The translations under genes were made by a program, and so were the position numbers. The notes under the pieces were generated by a model, which saw nothing but the letters and a program-made list of their open reading frames with translations, made no database searches and was not told the DNA's origin. Shown piece after piece: positions 17,252 through 27,268 of a DNA stretch of 64,000 nt; within the stretch, counting starts at the first letter, position 1, and each line of letters begins with the position of its first letter. This DNA is from an uncultured Acidobacteriota bacterium (GTDB taxonomy: Bacteria > Acidobacteriota > Terriglobia > Terriglobales > Acidobacteriaceae). The DNA is taken from positions 50,839-114,838 of the forward strand of contig CAVPEQ010000014.1 in NCBI GenBank assembly GCA_963703465.1, written 5' to 3'.

Positions 17252-17920
17252 ATGCCAGCCACAGCCCTTTTCTTTGATGTCGGAAACACTCTGCTTTTCC
17301 CCAACCGCAAGCGGATGTTGCACGCCCTGCACCAACACCAGATATTCCCGTCAGAAGAATTGCTGTTAGGAATCGAGCGCCGAACCAAACGGGAATTCGA
17401 TTCTCTGCTGGAAACCCACTCCGCGGTCGATCATGGATTCTGGCATATCTACTATTCCAATTTGCTGAAAGAGCTTCGACTGTCCGACGATTCAGCGCAC
17501 GCAGATCTGGTTTCGCGCACGCGCATCTCGGCAAACTGGTGCGATATTCGACTTGGAACGCGCGAAGCTTTGCAGCGGTTGGCTGTAAACTACAGGCTCG
17601 CAGTGATCTCCAACGCGGATGGAAAAATTGCAGATGTGCTCGCCCGCTGCGGCATTGCCGATTGCTTCGAAACCATCACCGATTCCGGCATCGTCGGGAA
17701 AGAGAAACCTCATCCCGCAATCTTCGACGCAGCAGTTCGCAGCATGGGAGTTTCCGCTGCCGAGAGCCTCTATATTGGCGACGTCTATTCAGTCGATTAC
17801 CTCGGCGCCACCCGCTTCGGAATGAAAGCGATTCTGTTCGACGTTGCCGGCGCCTACCGCGACCGAGGCCTTCCGCGGGTCGACTCCTTGCAGGAACTGG
17901 AATCGCGGCTGATTCCCTAG
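17252..17920 (+). CDS. HAD-superfamily hydrolase
   Basis: FFDVGNTLL (motif I variant), VISNADG (motif II), KEKPHPAIF and YIGDVYSVDYLGA (motifs III/IV). Confidence 0.8.
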   Translation: MPATALFFDVGNTLLFPNRKRMLHALHQHQIFPSEELLLGIERRTKREFDSLLETHSAVDHGFWHIYYSNLLKELRLSDDSAHADLVSRTRISANWCDIRLGTREALQRLAVNYRLAVISNADGKIADVLARCGIADCFETITDSGIVGKEKPHPAIFDAAVRSMGVSAAESLYIGDVYSVDYLGATRFGMKAILFDVAGAYRDRGLPRVDSLQELESRLIP

Positions 17921-18037
17921 CGTTTCCGGATCCGAGAATCGAAAAGCTTCTGAGACTTCAGAGGAACTAACCTCACCAATCCCTCGTATCTACGTCTATG
18001 ACTTGGCACAAGCATGCCTAACGCCTGGAGGAGATCG

Positions 18038-18832
18038 ATGAAACAAGTTCTGAATATCGCTATGGCGCTGTTACTTATAGCAATCGCACTCCCCGCGCAC
18101 GCCGAGCAATGGTCAAAGACCTATAACATCTCCGGCAAGCCCGACCTGCGGGTAGAAACCTCGGACGCGAATATCCGGGTTGACACCTGGGAGCAGAAGA
18201 CCATCGAGGCCACGGTAATCAGCACCCGTTACAAGATCGGCGAAGGCGGCCTGCAAATAGACCAACATCAGAACGGCGACACTGTCGAGATTAACGTGCG
18301 CTATCCGCATCACGGCATCACCTTCGACATTGGCAATCACCGTGTGGACATCAACATTCACATGCCGCGGGAAGGCAAAGTCGACCTGCACACCGGTGAC
18401 GGCAAGATCGAGATCAGCAACTTCAAGGGCGAAATGAACATGCACAGTGGCGACGGTTCGCAAAGCATTGAGCGTGTGGATGGTAAGCTGCGCGCCAGCA
18501 CCGGCGATGGACACATCACCGCCGACGGGCGCTTTGATGAGCTCGAGTTGAAGACAGGCGATGGCCGGGTTGAAGCGCGGGCCGGCTCTGGCTCCATGGT
18601 AGCCGGAGAGTGGAGGCTCGAAACCGGCGACGGCAACGTGACCCTGGAAGTTCCCGCAGATCTGGCTGCCGACGTTGCGCTGCAGACCGGCGACGGGCAC
18701 ATCGACCTCGACATGCCGGTGATGACCGAGGGCAAACTCAAGCAAAACGAAATCCACGGCAAGCTCAACGGCGGCGGCAGGCTAATGACGATTCATACTG
18801 GAGATGGATCGATCCACTTGCGTAAGAGCTGA
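18038..18832 (+). CDS. DUF4097-type beta-strand repeat protein (putative adhesin), exported
   Basis: GGAGGAG RBS ahead of ATG 18038; signal peptide MKQVLNIAMALLLIAIALPAHA. Repeated TGDGxI/SGDGS strands (HTGDGKIEI, HSGDGSQSI, STGDGHITA, KTGDGRVEA, ETGDGNVTL, QTGDGHIDL, HTGDGSIHL). Confidence 0.8.
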   Translation: MKQVLNIAMALLLIAIALPAHAEQWSKTYNISGKPDLRVETSDANIRVDTWEQKTIEATVISTRYKIGEGGLQIDQHQNGDTVEINVRYPHHGITFDIGNHRVDINIHMPREGKVDLHTGDGKIEISNFKGEMNMHSGDGSQSIERVDGKLRASTGDGHITADGRFDELELKTGDGRVEARAGSGSMVAGEWRLETGDGNVTLEVPADLAADVALQTGDGHIDLDMPVMTEGKLKQNEIHGKLNGGGRLMTIHTGDGSIHLRKS

Positions 18833-18858
18833 GGCGCGAGCGACCTTCTCATACAATA

Positions 18859-19332
18859 TTGTTCGTAATGATCGGCGGAAGCTCCGAAAACGACGAATTG
18901 TGGATGCAGGAGGCGCTGCGAGCCGCTCAACGAGCACTCGAGATGGGCGAAGTCCCGGTCGGGGCTGTCGTCGTACATGAAGGTAAAATCGTCGGCCGTG
19001 GATTCAATGGCAATCTGACCAATTCCGACCCAACGGCCCATGCTGAAATCGTCGCCTTACGCGAAGCGGGATCTGTAGTGGGCAATCACCGCTTGTTGAA
19101 CTGCGACCTTTTCGTGACCATCGAACCGTGCGCGATGTGCGCCGGAGCCATGGTGCATGCCCGCATCCGAACATTGGTTTACGGCGCCGACGACCCCAAG
19201 GCAGGAGCCGTTCATTCCGTGATGCAGGTCCTGAACCACCCCGCGCTCAATCACCAGGTCGAAGTACGTCGCGGCGTTCTGGCCGGAAAATGCGCAGAAC
19301 TCTTGCAGGAATTTTTCCGTGCCCGGCGCTAA
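18859..19332 (+). CDS. tadA: tRNA adenosine(34) deaminase TadA
   Basis: HAEIVALREAG and TIEPCAMCAGAM (HAE...PCxxC) zinc motifs; about 150 aa. Confidence 0.9.
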   Translation: MFVMIGGSSENDELWMQEALRAAQRALEMGEVPVGAVVVHEGKIVGRGFNGNLTNSDPTAHAEIVALREAGSVVGNHRLLNCDLFVTIEPCAMCAGAMVHARIRTLVYGADDPKAGAVHSVMQVLNHPALNHQVEVRRGVLAGKCAELLQEFFRARR

Positions 19333-19516
19333 CCAAGATTTCCACTAAGACTAAGGGCCCAGCCACATACCGTTCATTTTCGAACACCCAATCTTAATCT
19401 TGGACACCGGACACTACGATTGAAACTTCATCCCACAGCACCCATTACACATAGCGCCAGCTGAATTTGGTTCGGGAAATGCAACTCTGCACCATCCGGC
19501 TTGCGGAGGCTTACCC

Positions 19517-21970
19517 ATGTTCATCGAAAACGTTGTGAGGGACATACATTTCGGGTCCCGGATGTTGCGGCGCAGCCCCGGCTTCTCATTGCTGGTAATC
19601 CTGTGCCTCACACTCGGGATCGGCGCCAACGCAGCGGTTTTCAGCTGGATCGAAGGCATCCTGTTGCGGCCATTTCCGAAAGTAATAAACCAGGACCGTT
19701 TGCTGGTCCTAACTGGGGTTAAGCCAGGCGAGCCTCATCCGGATTCCATGTCGTGGCCGGATTTTCTCGATCTGCAAAAAAATTCCACGCTGATTGATTC
19801 CTTTATCGCCGACAAGATAACCGGCTCGACGCTCAGCATCGGCGACCGCGCGGAACGCGTGGCGGCAAGTATCGTGTCCTCAAATTACTTCAATGCGCTT
19901 GGCATCCATCTATTTCTCGGGCGGGGCTTCGATCCTTCTGAAGAGCAAGGGCGGAATGCCCATCCAGTCACAGTAATTAGCTACTGGTTATGGATGGAAC
20001 GCTTCCACGGCGATCGAGACGTTATCGGCAAGACGCAAATGCTGGACGGAGTGCCGCATACCATTATCGGGGTTGCGCCTGAAGGATTTTATGGAACGTT
20101 CGTCGGATATCCGATTGAGTTTTGGGTGCCGATCTCGATGCAGGAACTGTTCGAGCCCGGCGGTTACAAGTTGGAGAATCGCGATGAACGCTGGATCGAA
20201 GGCTTTGTTTTGCCAAAGCCCGGAGTATCCGCGCGACAAGCCGAACAAGAACTGGCAAGCATAGCCAAGAGGCTCGAAGCGGAATACCCGGCGACGAACC
20301 GCGGGCGGGATATAAAACTTTTTCCCTTATGGAAAGACCCATTCAACGGCGCTTCTGAGCAGCTGCCGGTGATGAAACTTTCAAGCGCCGCCGTTCTGAT
20401 CTTGCTGCTGATCGTTTGCGCAAACGTTAGCAATCTGTTGCTCGTCCGATCTTTTGCGCGCAGACGCGAGATCATTGTCCGGCTCGCGGTAGGAGCGGGA
20501 CGAACCCGGCTGTTAAAGCAGTTATTCACCGAAGGCCTCATACTTTCGACCTGTGCCGCTGTGGGCGGGATTCTGGTCGCGTATTCTTGCCGGAATTTGG
20601 TTGCTCTTTTACTTCCCCCCACGGGCGGCGTCGCCGTGAACCTCCCTGGTGAAATCGATGCCCGGGTGCTCGCTCTGAGCATTGGCATCACATTGCTCTC
20701 TACCTTGCTGTTTTCACTGATCCCAGCCGTTCAGAACAGCAACATCGACCTGGCTTCAGCGCTGAAGTCCGAATCTGGAGCCGTATTTGGATCACGCGGA
20801 AAGTCGCGTCTGCGGTCAGGATTGGTCTTGCTGCAGATGGCGTTGAGCTTCGTTCTGCTAGTAGGCTCGGTGCTGTTAATCGAGAGCGTTCATAAAATCC
20901 GCACCGCCGATCCGGGATTTTCCACGCAAAATGTTTTAACCAGCACTGTCAATCTCATATCTGCGGGTTACGACGAGCAGCGCGCGAAAACTTTTCGCGA
21001 AACCTTGGTCAATCGGGTGCAGGCAATCCCCGGAGTTGAATCAGCCGCCTATTCCCGAATCCGGCCCTTCACTTATTCTCCGTATCCTTCGGCACGGATC
21101 GCGGTGGATGGCTATCAACCACGAAACGACGAGGTGCCGAGTGTGGAATATAACCAGGTCGATCCGCAGTATCTCGAGACCATGGGGGTCCCATTATTAT
21201 CTGGGCGGGATTTCACGCCGGCTGACGACGGAAACAGTCTGCCGGTCGTCATCGTAAATGAAAAAATGGTGGAGCAGTACTGGCGCGGCCAGGATCCGGT
21301 GGGCAAGCGTCTTCAAGTTGAAGGGCGCTCGCTTCGGGTGATTGGAGTCGCAAAGCTTTCGAAATATGGCGCGCTGGGGGAAGCGCCGAGACCGTTTTTT
21401 TACACTCCCATGCGCCAGGGTCTGGGGAACCGAAGTGGAATCATCAATATTCGAACATCCCTCGATGCCGGCCTGATGGCGGCCGCATTGGCGCGCGTGG
21501 TCCACGAAATCGATGCGAATCTGGCGCCCACTGAAGTCATCACCATGCGTGAGCAGGTCAACCGCTATTCGCTGCGGTCCCAACAGATCGCAGTGACCCT
21601 GCTGGGAATATTCGGAGGATTAGCGGTCCTTCTGGCCGCGATCGGGCTTTACGGCGTCATGTCGCACACGGTCAATCAGAGCACACGGGAACTCGGCCTG
21701 CGCATTGCGCTGGGCGCCAGCGCCAAAGATTTGTTGCAGCTGGTATTTACCCAGGGTTTTTTTCTGACAGCGGCTGGCGTGGTTATAGGCTCTGCCACGG
21801 CCCTCCTATTGACGCGATTGATCGGCGCATTGCTCTACCAAGTAAATCCCCGCGATCCGATTGCGTTTGCGTCCGCCTTCGCCGTACTGGCGATTACGTC
21901 GATAGCTGCGATCTTGCTGCCCGCACGCCGCGCCACCAAGACCGACCCCGCCAGTGTGCTGCGCGAGTAA
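19517..21970 (+). CDS. ADOP-type duplicated FtsX/MacB-like ABC permease (no adjacent ATPase)
   Basis: N-terminal DIHFGSRMLRRSPGFSLLVILCLTLGIGANAAVFS. Two FtsX-like 4-TM modules, each preceded by a large periplasmic domain. 817 aa. Confidence 0.85.
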   Translation: MFIENVVRDIHFGSRMLRRSPGFSLLVILCLTLGIGANAAVFSWIEGILLRPFPKVINQDRLLVLTGVKPGEPHPDSMSWPDFLDLQKNSTLIDSFIADKITGSTLSIGDRAERVAASIVSSNYFNALGIHLFLGRGFDPSEEQGRNAHPVTVISYWLWMERFHGDRDVIGKTQMLDGVPHTIIGVAPEGFYGTFVGYPIEFWVPISMQELFEPGGYKLENRDERWIEGFVLPKPGVSARQAEQELASIAKRLEAEYPATNRGRDIKLFPLWKDPFNGASEQLPVMKLSSAAVLILLLIVCANVSNLLLVRSFARRREIIVRLAVGAGRTRLLKQLFTEGLILSTCAAVGGILVAYSCRNLVALLLPPTGGVAVNLPGEIDARVLALSIGITLLSTLLFSLIPAVQNSNIDLASALKSESGAVFGSRGKSRLRSGLVLLQMALSFVLLVGSVLLIESVHKIRTADPGFSTQNVLTSTVNLISAGYDEQRAKTFRETLVNRVQAIPGVESAAYSRIRPFTYSPYPSARIAVDGYQPRNDEVPSVEYNQVDPQYLETMGVPLLSGRDFTPADDGNSLPVVIVNEKMVEQYWRGQDPVGKRLQVEGRSLRVIGVAKLSKYGALGEAPRPFFYTPMRQGLGNRSGIINIRTSLDAGLMAAALARVVHEIDANLAPTEVITMREQVNRYSLRSQQIAVTLLGIFGGLAVLLAAIGLYGVMSHTVNQSTRELGLRIALGASAKDLLQLVFTQGFFLTAAGVVIGSATALLLTRLIGALLYQVNPRDPIAFASAFAVLAITSIAAILLPARRATKTDPASVLRE

Positions 21971-22122
21971 TTTCACGCTACGCTGACCGATTCTTACCGC
22001 CTTGCTCGCCACAACGGCCACAACTTAAAGATGAGTCTACTCTGCGGCACGAGCCCAAAGCTGGCGAATTATTCGACCTGATAAAATGCAGGGTGTAGAA
22101 AACTAGGCAATTCGTCCGGCGC

Positions 22123-22212
22123 GGAGAGGTGCGTGAGTGGTTGAAACGATCCGCCTCGAAAGCGGACATACCTTAACGGGTATCGTGGGTTCAAATCCCA
22201 CCCTCTCCGCCA
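22123..22212 (+). tRNA. tRNA-Ser (anticodon CGA), CCA encoded
   Basis: Acceptor GGAGAGG/CCTCTCC. Anticodon stem CCGC/GCGG with loop CTCGAAA. Long variable arm ATACCTTAACGGGTATC. T arm GTGGG-TTCAAAT-CCCAC. Discriminator G plus CCA. Confidence 0.9.
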
Positions 22213-22270
22213 TTCCTGAGTGAGATGGAGATTTATTATCAACTTTTCAGGCCGCTCCAGCGAGTGCTTC

Positions 22271-23761
22271 TCAATCAGATAGTCCCAACTCTCGAATCGC
22301 TTCTCCAGCGCCGCTGAGATCGGCGAGCCGCATCTCGGAATATTTGCGAGATAAAAGCACACCTGGAGCGCCAGCCCGGAAAGCCGCCAGAACTGCTTCC
22401 TTAACGCTTTGCGGAGAACACTTGCTGTTATTGGGTTCGGTCGGGATATCGACATCAATCCCTGGCCAGATCAAAGTTTTTGTGCCGGCAACACCATTCA
22501 GCGCGCGTTTCGTCTCGCGGTAGACGTAGTCAGCGGAAAGTCCGGTGTGAGGAATCTCATCGTAGCTGCGTTCTTTGAATCCCATTACTGCATAGTTAAG
22601 ATCAATCAGACTCTGTTTCGAAAGATCTCCATAGAGCGTCGAGCCGATATTATCCGCATACAGAGCCATCCGCTCACCGCCGCAGTTGTTGTACATGACG
22701 ATCTTTATGAAATCTGAATAATTCGAGAGCTCATGCAGGTCCTGTTCCGCGCGGTAGATCGGATTGAACGAATTGTTGTGCCAGATGTGCCAACCCACCG
22801 GAACTGCAGGCTTGGCTGTCTTTACGGTTTTATATATCGCGGCGTAAGTCTCGCGAAGGCTGTCAGTCCAGAGCATTTCCCAGGCGGCGAGTTCGGGGTA
22901 CCGCAATAGGAGCCGCCAGAATTGAACGTAGTAGCCGTCCACCGGGCGCGTTCCGCTTCGCGCCGAGCGAACAAATTTTTCCAGCTCCAGAAATCCCTTA
23001 CGCGCGCGATCGACGTTGATTCCGCTTTGTTTTGCTCTGCTCTGACAAAATTCGCAAAAGCAGGTTACTCTCCCAGGATCGACCGGCGGAACATCGTGCG
23101 TGGCTCCCAAACTGTCGCAAAGGGCGCCCTGCCGCTCGGATCCCCACATAATTCCGTCGATGTCATAGGAACGGGCATAGTCCTCGACCAAACCTGTCAG
23201 GAAATTCCGGTAGTCAGGATTGTTCACGCAAAGGGTCTCGGCGCTTCGCCCGTACAGATCTCGCTCCTGAAGTTTTCCTATGTTTAACAGGTCGGTGCGA
23301 AACACGTCCTCAAGCCAGCAGATGACCTTCATGCCGCGCTTTTTGGCGGCAGGAAGCACTTCCGCCAGGATGTCCAGGTCGCCGTGATCGGGCGCGCGAG
23401 TGTCTTTGAGAACTGTGTTCTTGTAGTACTGGGGATGAGGGGTGGCGAAGTTCCCGCCATGAAAGTTGAGATCGTACTCCTGCTTGCCGTGATCGGGCAG
23501 CGGCTGGCCTGGAATCTGTCGTCCGGCAATACCTCGACCGTAGGTAAATACAGCAAGGAAGAGAGTATTTACGCCGGCACGCTCCTGAAGAATATCCAGA
23601 ACTTTCTCCGTGCCTTCATCCACAAACGACACCGCTCCGACTTGGATGCCAATCATTTTGGAAGGCGCGGCAGCGTGTCCTGACGTTGGCATGGCCAAGG
23701 CGGCGCCAGCTCCAGCGGTGAGCTTAAGGAATTCGCGGCGATTCACGTCCGATTTCAACAT
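22271..23761 (-). CDS. Tat-exported hypothetical protein, possibly TIM-barrel glycoside-hydrolase-like
   Basis: Twin-arginine signal NRREFLKLTAGAGAALAM. The alternating beta/alpha-like pattern is consistent with a TIM barrel. Function not recognised. Confidence 0.6.
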   Translation of the reverse strand: MLKSDVNRREFLKLTAGAGAALAMPTSGHAAAPSKMIGIQVGAVSFVDEGTEKVLDILQERAGVNTLFLAVFTYGRGIAGRQIPGQPLPDHGKQEYDLNFHGGNFATPHPQYYKNTVLKDTRAPDHGDLDILAEVLPAAKKRGMKVICWLEDVFRTDLLNIGKLQERDLYGRSAETLCVNNPDYRNFLTGLVEDYARSYDIDGIMWGSERQGALCDSLGATHDVPPVDPGRVTCFCEFCQSRAKQSGINVDRARKGFLELEKFVRSARSGTRPVDGYYVQFWRLLLRYPELAAWEMLWTDSLRETYAAIYKTVKTAKPAVPVGWHIWHNNSFNPIYRAEQDLHELSNYSDFIKIVMYNNCGGERMALYADNIGSTLYGDLSKQSLIDLNYAVMGFKERSYDEIPHTGLSADYVYRETKRALNGVAGTKTLIWPGIDVDIPTEPNNSKCSPQSVKEAVLAAFRAGAPGVLLSRKYSEMRLADLSGAGEAIRELGLSD

Positions 23762-23770
23762 GGACCTCTC

Positions 23771-25300
23771 CTATTTGCTTTGGTAGCAGCCGATGTCTAT
23801 GTTTCCGGATGTGACTCGTGGTGAGCCATCAAGGTCGAACTCTCCCACTGGTACTCCGTCAGTTGTGCCAGCAGCTAGGGCGGGAGAATCTGCCTGCAGA
23901 TGGAAATCGTGCGCGGAAACATCTACGAGGTGGGGATCGAGAAAACGGGAATGACGGTCATTACCCGTAGACGCAACGTATTTATCGAATCCACTTACTG
24001 TGCCAGCAGCTGCTGCCCAGCTACTCGCCATCGCTCCCAAGGAGCAGTAATAAAGGTTGTGATCGATAGTGACGGGTGGATGACTCTTGTCCACCTGCGA
24101 TTTGCTTAAGGAAATCAAGCAGCGCGATCCAGCATAGACGATGTTATTGGCAAAAATATTGTCAGCCATATTCCACTGCATCTGGAACTCACCTGACCCC
24201 GTTCCCGACGTGTCGTTCTGGTAGAGAGTGTTGTTGACAACCGTGCAATGGTCGGTGTGTCCGCGCTCGGGTGCATAGCCTCCGATAGAAACGCCTGCGG
24301 TGTGGGAATGATAGATAAGATTGTTGCGCGCAAGGATGTAACTGGTGGCGCGGTCCTTGTGCTCGCTGGCCAGTTCGATTCCAAAATCCACATCGTGCAT
24401 GATGTTCTGCTCGATCAGGATTCTGGTGCCCCCGTCCACATAAATACCGTCGGAATTTTCGTCGTTACCGTATGCCGGGTTACCACGCGAAGTGATGTTG
24501 TAAATCAGATTGTTGCTCACCACTCCATCGCGGGCCTGGTCCACAGCGGGGTCGGGTGCCGTGCGCTCAAAGCCGATGACGTCGATTCCAATATTGTTAT
24601 TGTCGTGAACAACATTGTGCGTGATGCGAAAGTTCGTAACGTTTCCGTTCACCACTAGGGATTCGCTCGATCCCGTCTGGAGGTGGTGCACCTCATTGCC
24701 ATCAATGATCAAGTCAGTGATTGGTGTCTCGGCATCGGTCCCATACACCGCAATGCCAAACCCATTGCCGCCGCTCCCCGGCTTATCGCGGCCGGGGAAG
24801 GTCTGCTGGATATCATGGACATTATTTTTGAGCAGTTCGATGTGTGAGCCGGAGCCGATAACGTTGATCCCCAAAGGGGCGAGGCGATGTTCAGCGGTGC
24901 GGAAATTACGGATTTCCAGTCCCTCAATCCTTACGTAACTCTGATTATGAATGGTAAGTACACCCTGCCTTCCGGAAGGGGTGAAGTGCGATGCGTCGAG
25001 GACCGCCGTTTCGCCTGGATAACCTTTGAAGGTGACGAATCCGTCATTCGCGTTGCCGGACACATTGATACTGACCAGCTCTTCGTAGATTCCAGCCCGC
25101 ACGTTCACGGTGCTGCCCGAACGCGCATGGTTCGCAGCATGTTGAATTGTGCGCCAAGGCGCAGCTTGACTGCCGGGGTTCGAATCATTTCCGGTCGTCG
25201 ACACATAATAAGAAGTATTGGTCTGACTAAAGGCAGCGACAAACGCCAATAAGGCGAAAGGAATTAGGAATTTCAAGTTTATTTTCCCGGGTAAAGTCAA
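23771..25300 (-). CDS. exported right-handed parallel beta-helix repeat protein (pectate-lyase-fold)
   Basis: Signal peptide, then YYVSTTGNDSNPGSQAAPWRTIQHAANHARSGSTVNVRAGIYEE (DUF1565-like start). Repeated NN-I-x-N / HDN coils follow. Confidence 0.75.
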   Translation of the reverse strand: MTLPGKINLKFLIPFALLAFVAAFSQTNTSYYVSTTGNDSNPGSQAAPWRTIQHAANHARSGSTVNVRAGIYEELVSINVSGNANDGFVTFKGYPGETAVLDASHFTPSGRQGVLTIHNQSYVRIEGLEIRNFRTAEHRLAPLGINVIGSGSHIELLKNNVHDIQQTFPGRDKPGSGGNGFGIAVYGTDAETPITDLIIDGNEVHHLQTGSSESLVVNGNVTNFRITHNVVHDNNNIGIDVIGFERTAPDPAVDQARDGVVSNNLIYNITSRGNPAYGNDENSDGIYVDGGTRILIEQNIMHDVDFGIELASEHKDRATSYILARNNLIYHSHTAGVSIGGYAPERGHTDHCTVVNNTLYQNDTSGTGSGEFQMQWNMADNIFANNIVYAGSRCLISLSKSQVDKSHPPVTIDHNLYYCSLGAMASSWAAAAGTVSGFDKYVASTGNDRHSRFLDPHLVDVSAHDFHLQADSPALAAGTTDGVPVGEFDLDGSPRVTSGNIDIGCYQSK

Positions 25301-25388
25301 AGTTGAATGCCTAGGTGTAAACCAGCGATCCTCGTGAATTCAGGACCTTCTCCGCATTTGTGTGATATCACCCGCAATTTCTTGACAT

Positions 25389-26066
25389 TCACCCAACGTT
25401 GGCTACTGCAGGCGCGATTCGGGCGCGAGTGGCCTTCACAATGGCGACAAATTTGCGCGCGGTTTCGGTAATGGTTTCAGGCTTGCCTGATTTTAACGCT
25501 GCAGCCTGGATGAGCTCGCCTCCGACACCCAAAGCCTCGGCTCCGGCTTCGAGGAATTCTGCTGCGGTGTTCAGGTTTACGCCGCCGGTAGGAACGAGCG
25601 GAATCTGCGGCAATGGGCCTTTTATGGCCTTTATATATTTCGCTCCGCCAACCTGCCCGCAGGGAAATACTTTCACGAAATCAGCTCTCGCCTTCCATGC
25701 TTTAACGATCTCAGTCGGGGTCAGCGCGCCAGCCATGATCAGCAAATCTTCTCTGTTCGCGAACTCGATGGTCTCGATGTTCAATGCAGGGCTCACCAGG
25801 AATTGTGCACCGGCGTCACGGCAACGCAGCGCGGCTTCGGCATCGAGCACAGTTCCGGCGCCGATCAGGATTTTTGAAGCATTCGATTTGGCGAGCTCAC
25901 GAATCACTTCGACGGCCCCGGGGACGGTCATGGTGATTTCGACAATCGGGATGCCGCCTTCGGCCACGGCTTCAGCTGCCATCAGCGCCTCTCTGCTCGA
26001 AGACGCCCTGATCACCGGCACAATCCCGATTTCTACGATGCGATCACGAACGGATTTCTTGTCCAT
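25389..26066 (-). CDS. eda: 2-dehydro-3-deoxyphosphogluconate (KDPG) aldolase
   Basis: IVPVIRASS...GGIPIVEITMTVPGA...GAGTVLD...FLVSPA...MAGALTPTE...DFVKVFP...VPTGGV. Start at ATG 26064-26066. Confidence 0.85.
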   Translation of the reverse strand: MDKKSVRDRIVEIGIVPVIRASSSREALMAAEAVAEGGIPIVEITMTVPGAVEVIRELAKSNASKILIGAGTVLDAEAALRCRDAGAQFLVSPALNIETIEFANREDLLIMAGALTPTEIVKAWKARADFVKVFPCGQVGGAKYIKAIKGPLPQIPLVPTGGVNLNTAAEFLEAGAEALGVGGELIQAAALKSGKPETITETARKFVAIVKATRARIAPAVANVG

Positions 26067-26080
26067 TTCTTGAGGATACT

Positions 26081-27175
26081 TCAACGCGCGATGCGAGCCC
26101 CTCCTCCCTTCATGATCTGGACGACTTCTTTCAATGTCGCCATGCTGGTGTCGCCGGGAGTTGTCATAGCCAGCGCACCATGCGCAGCGCCGCATTCCAC
26201 CGCCCACTGCGGACCTTCCCCGGCAAGGAAACCATAGATCAATCCTGACGCGAAAGAATCGCCTCCGCCGACGCGATCAAAAATCTCAAGGTCCTCACGA
26301 TCTTTTGCCTGATAAAACTGGCCGTCACAATAGCAGATCGCGCTCCAGTCGTTTTTCGTTGCGGTCTTTGCCTTGCGCAGCGTGGTCGCGACTACGTCAA
26401 ATGGATAATCTTTCACCACTTGGCCAATCATCTGCTTGAAACCATCGACTTCAAGATGAGAAAAATTTGCATCGACGCCGGGAATTTCGTAACCCAGCGC
26501 TGCCGAAAAATCTTCTTCGTTGCCGATCATCACATTCACCTGCGGCGCTATGCGACGGTTTACTTCCTGCGCTTGTTTTTTGCCACCGAGAGTTTTCCAA
26601 AGCGACGGTCGGTAGTTGAGATCGTAGGACACGATAGTTCCGTGCTTCCTCGCCGCCTTCATTGCTTCGAGAGCGACGTCCGGAGTCGAAGGCGAGAGGG
26701 CACAGAAAATTCCTCCGGTGTGAAACCAGCGTGCTCCCTGCTTCCCGAATATTTCGTCCCAGTCAATGTCGCCGGGCTTCAGTTGCGAAACCGCGGTATG
26801 CCCGCGATCATACGAACCCAGCGCCGCGCGCACCCCGTAGCCGCGCTCGGTGAAGTTGAGGCCGTTTCGCATGCTGCGGCCGACGCCGTCGTGCTCCACC
26901 CATCGCACCAATGACTGATCGACGCCGCCTTGATAAATAAAATCCTGAATGAGTTTGCCGACGGGGTCATCCGCGAGCGCGGTGACGATCGCAGTGTCCA
27001 GCCCGAAGCAGCGTTTCAACCCGCGCGCGACGTTGTATTCGCCGCCACCTTCGTACACATCGAAATGACGCGTGGTCGCAATGCGGCCATCGCCCGGATC
27101 GAAGCGAAGCATCACCTCGCCCAAGCTCACCAGATCCCAACGGCACTCCTGCTTCGGCCTTATCTTGAGTCCCAT
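26081..27175 (-). CDS. kdgK: PfkB-family sugar kinase, 2-dehydro-3-deoxygluconokinase-like
   Basis: DLVSLGEVMLRFDPGDGR...GGGEYNVARGL at the N-terminus and DRVGGGDSFASGLIYG near the C-terminus. 14 nt upstream of eda. Confidence 0.8.
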   Translation of the reverse strand: MGLKIRPKQECRWDLVSLGEVMLRFDPGDGRIATTRHFDVYEGGGEYNVARGLKRCFGLDTAIVTALADDPVGKLIQDFIYQGGVDQSLVRWVEHDGVGRSMRNGLNFTERGYGVRAALGSYDRGHTAVSQLKPGDIDWDEIFGKQGARWFHTGGIFCALSPSTPDVALEAMKAARKHGTIVSYDLNYRPSLWKTLGGKKQAQEVNRRIAPQVNVMIGNEEDFSAALGYEIPGVDANFSHLEVDGFKQMIGQVVKDYPFDVVATTLRKAKTATKNDWSAICYCDGQFYQAKDREDLEIFDRVGGGDSFASGLIYGFLAGEGPQWAVECGAAHGALAMTTPGDTSMATLKEVVQIMKGGGARIAR

Positions 27176-27268
27176 CCTTCTAATTTCAACGAGCAGGACG
27201 GTTCGCGTCAAATGCGAGCAGCTGCGACTTGCAAACTTTATTTTGGTTCATTCGACAGCGATCTGATC

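Noticed and set aside
22069-22458. 129-aa minus-strand ORF overlapping the tRNA-Ser gene.
   Set aside because: It runs antisense through a canonical tRNA and into the 3' end of the neighbouring gene, so it is spurious.
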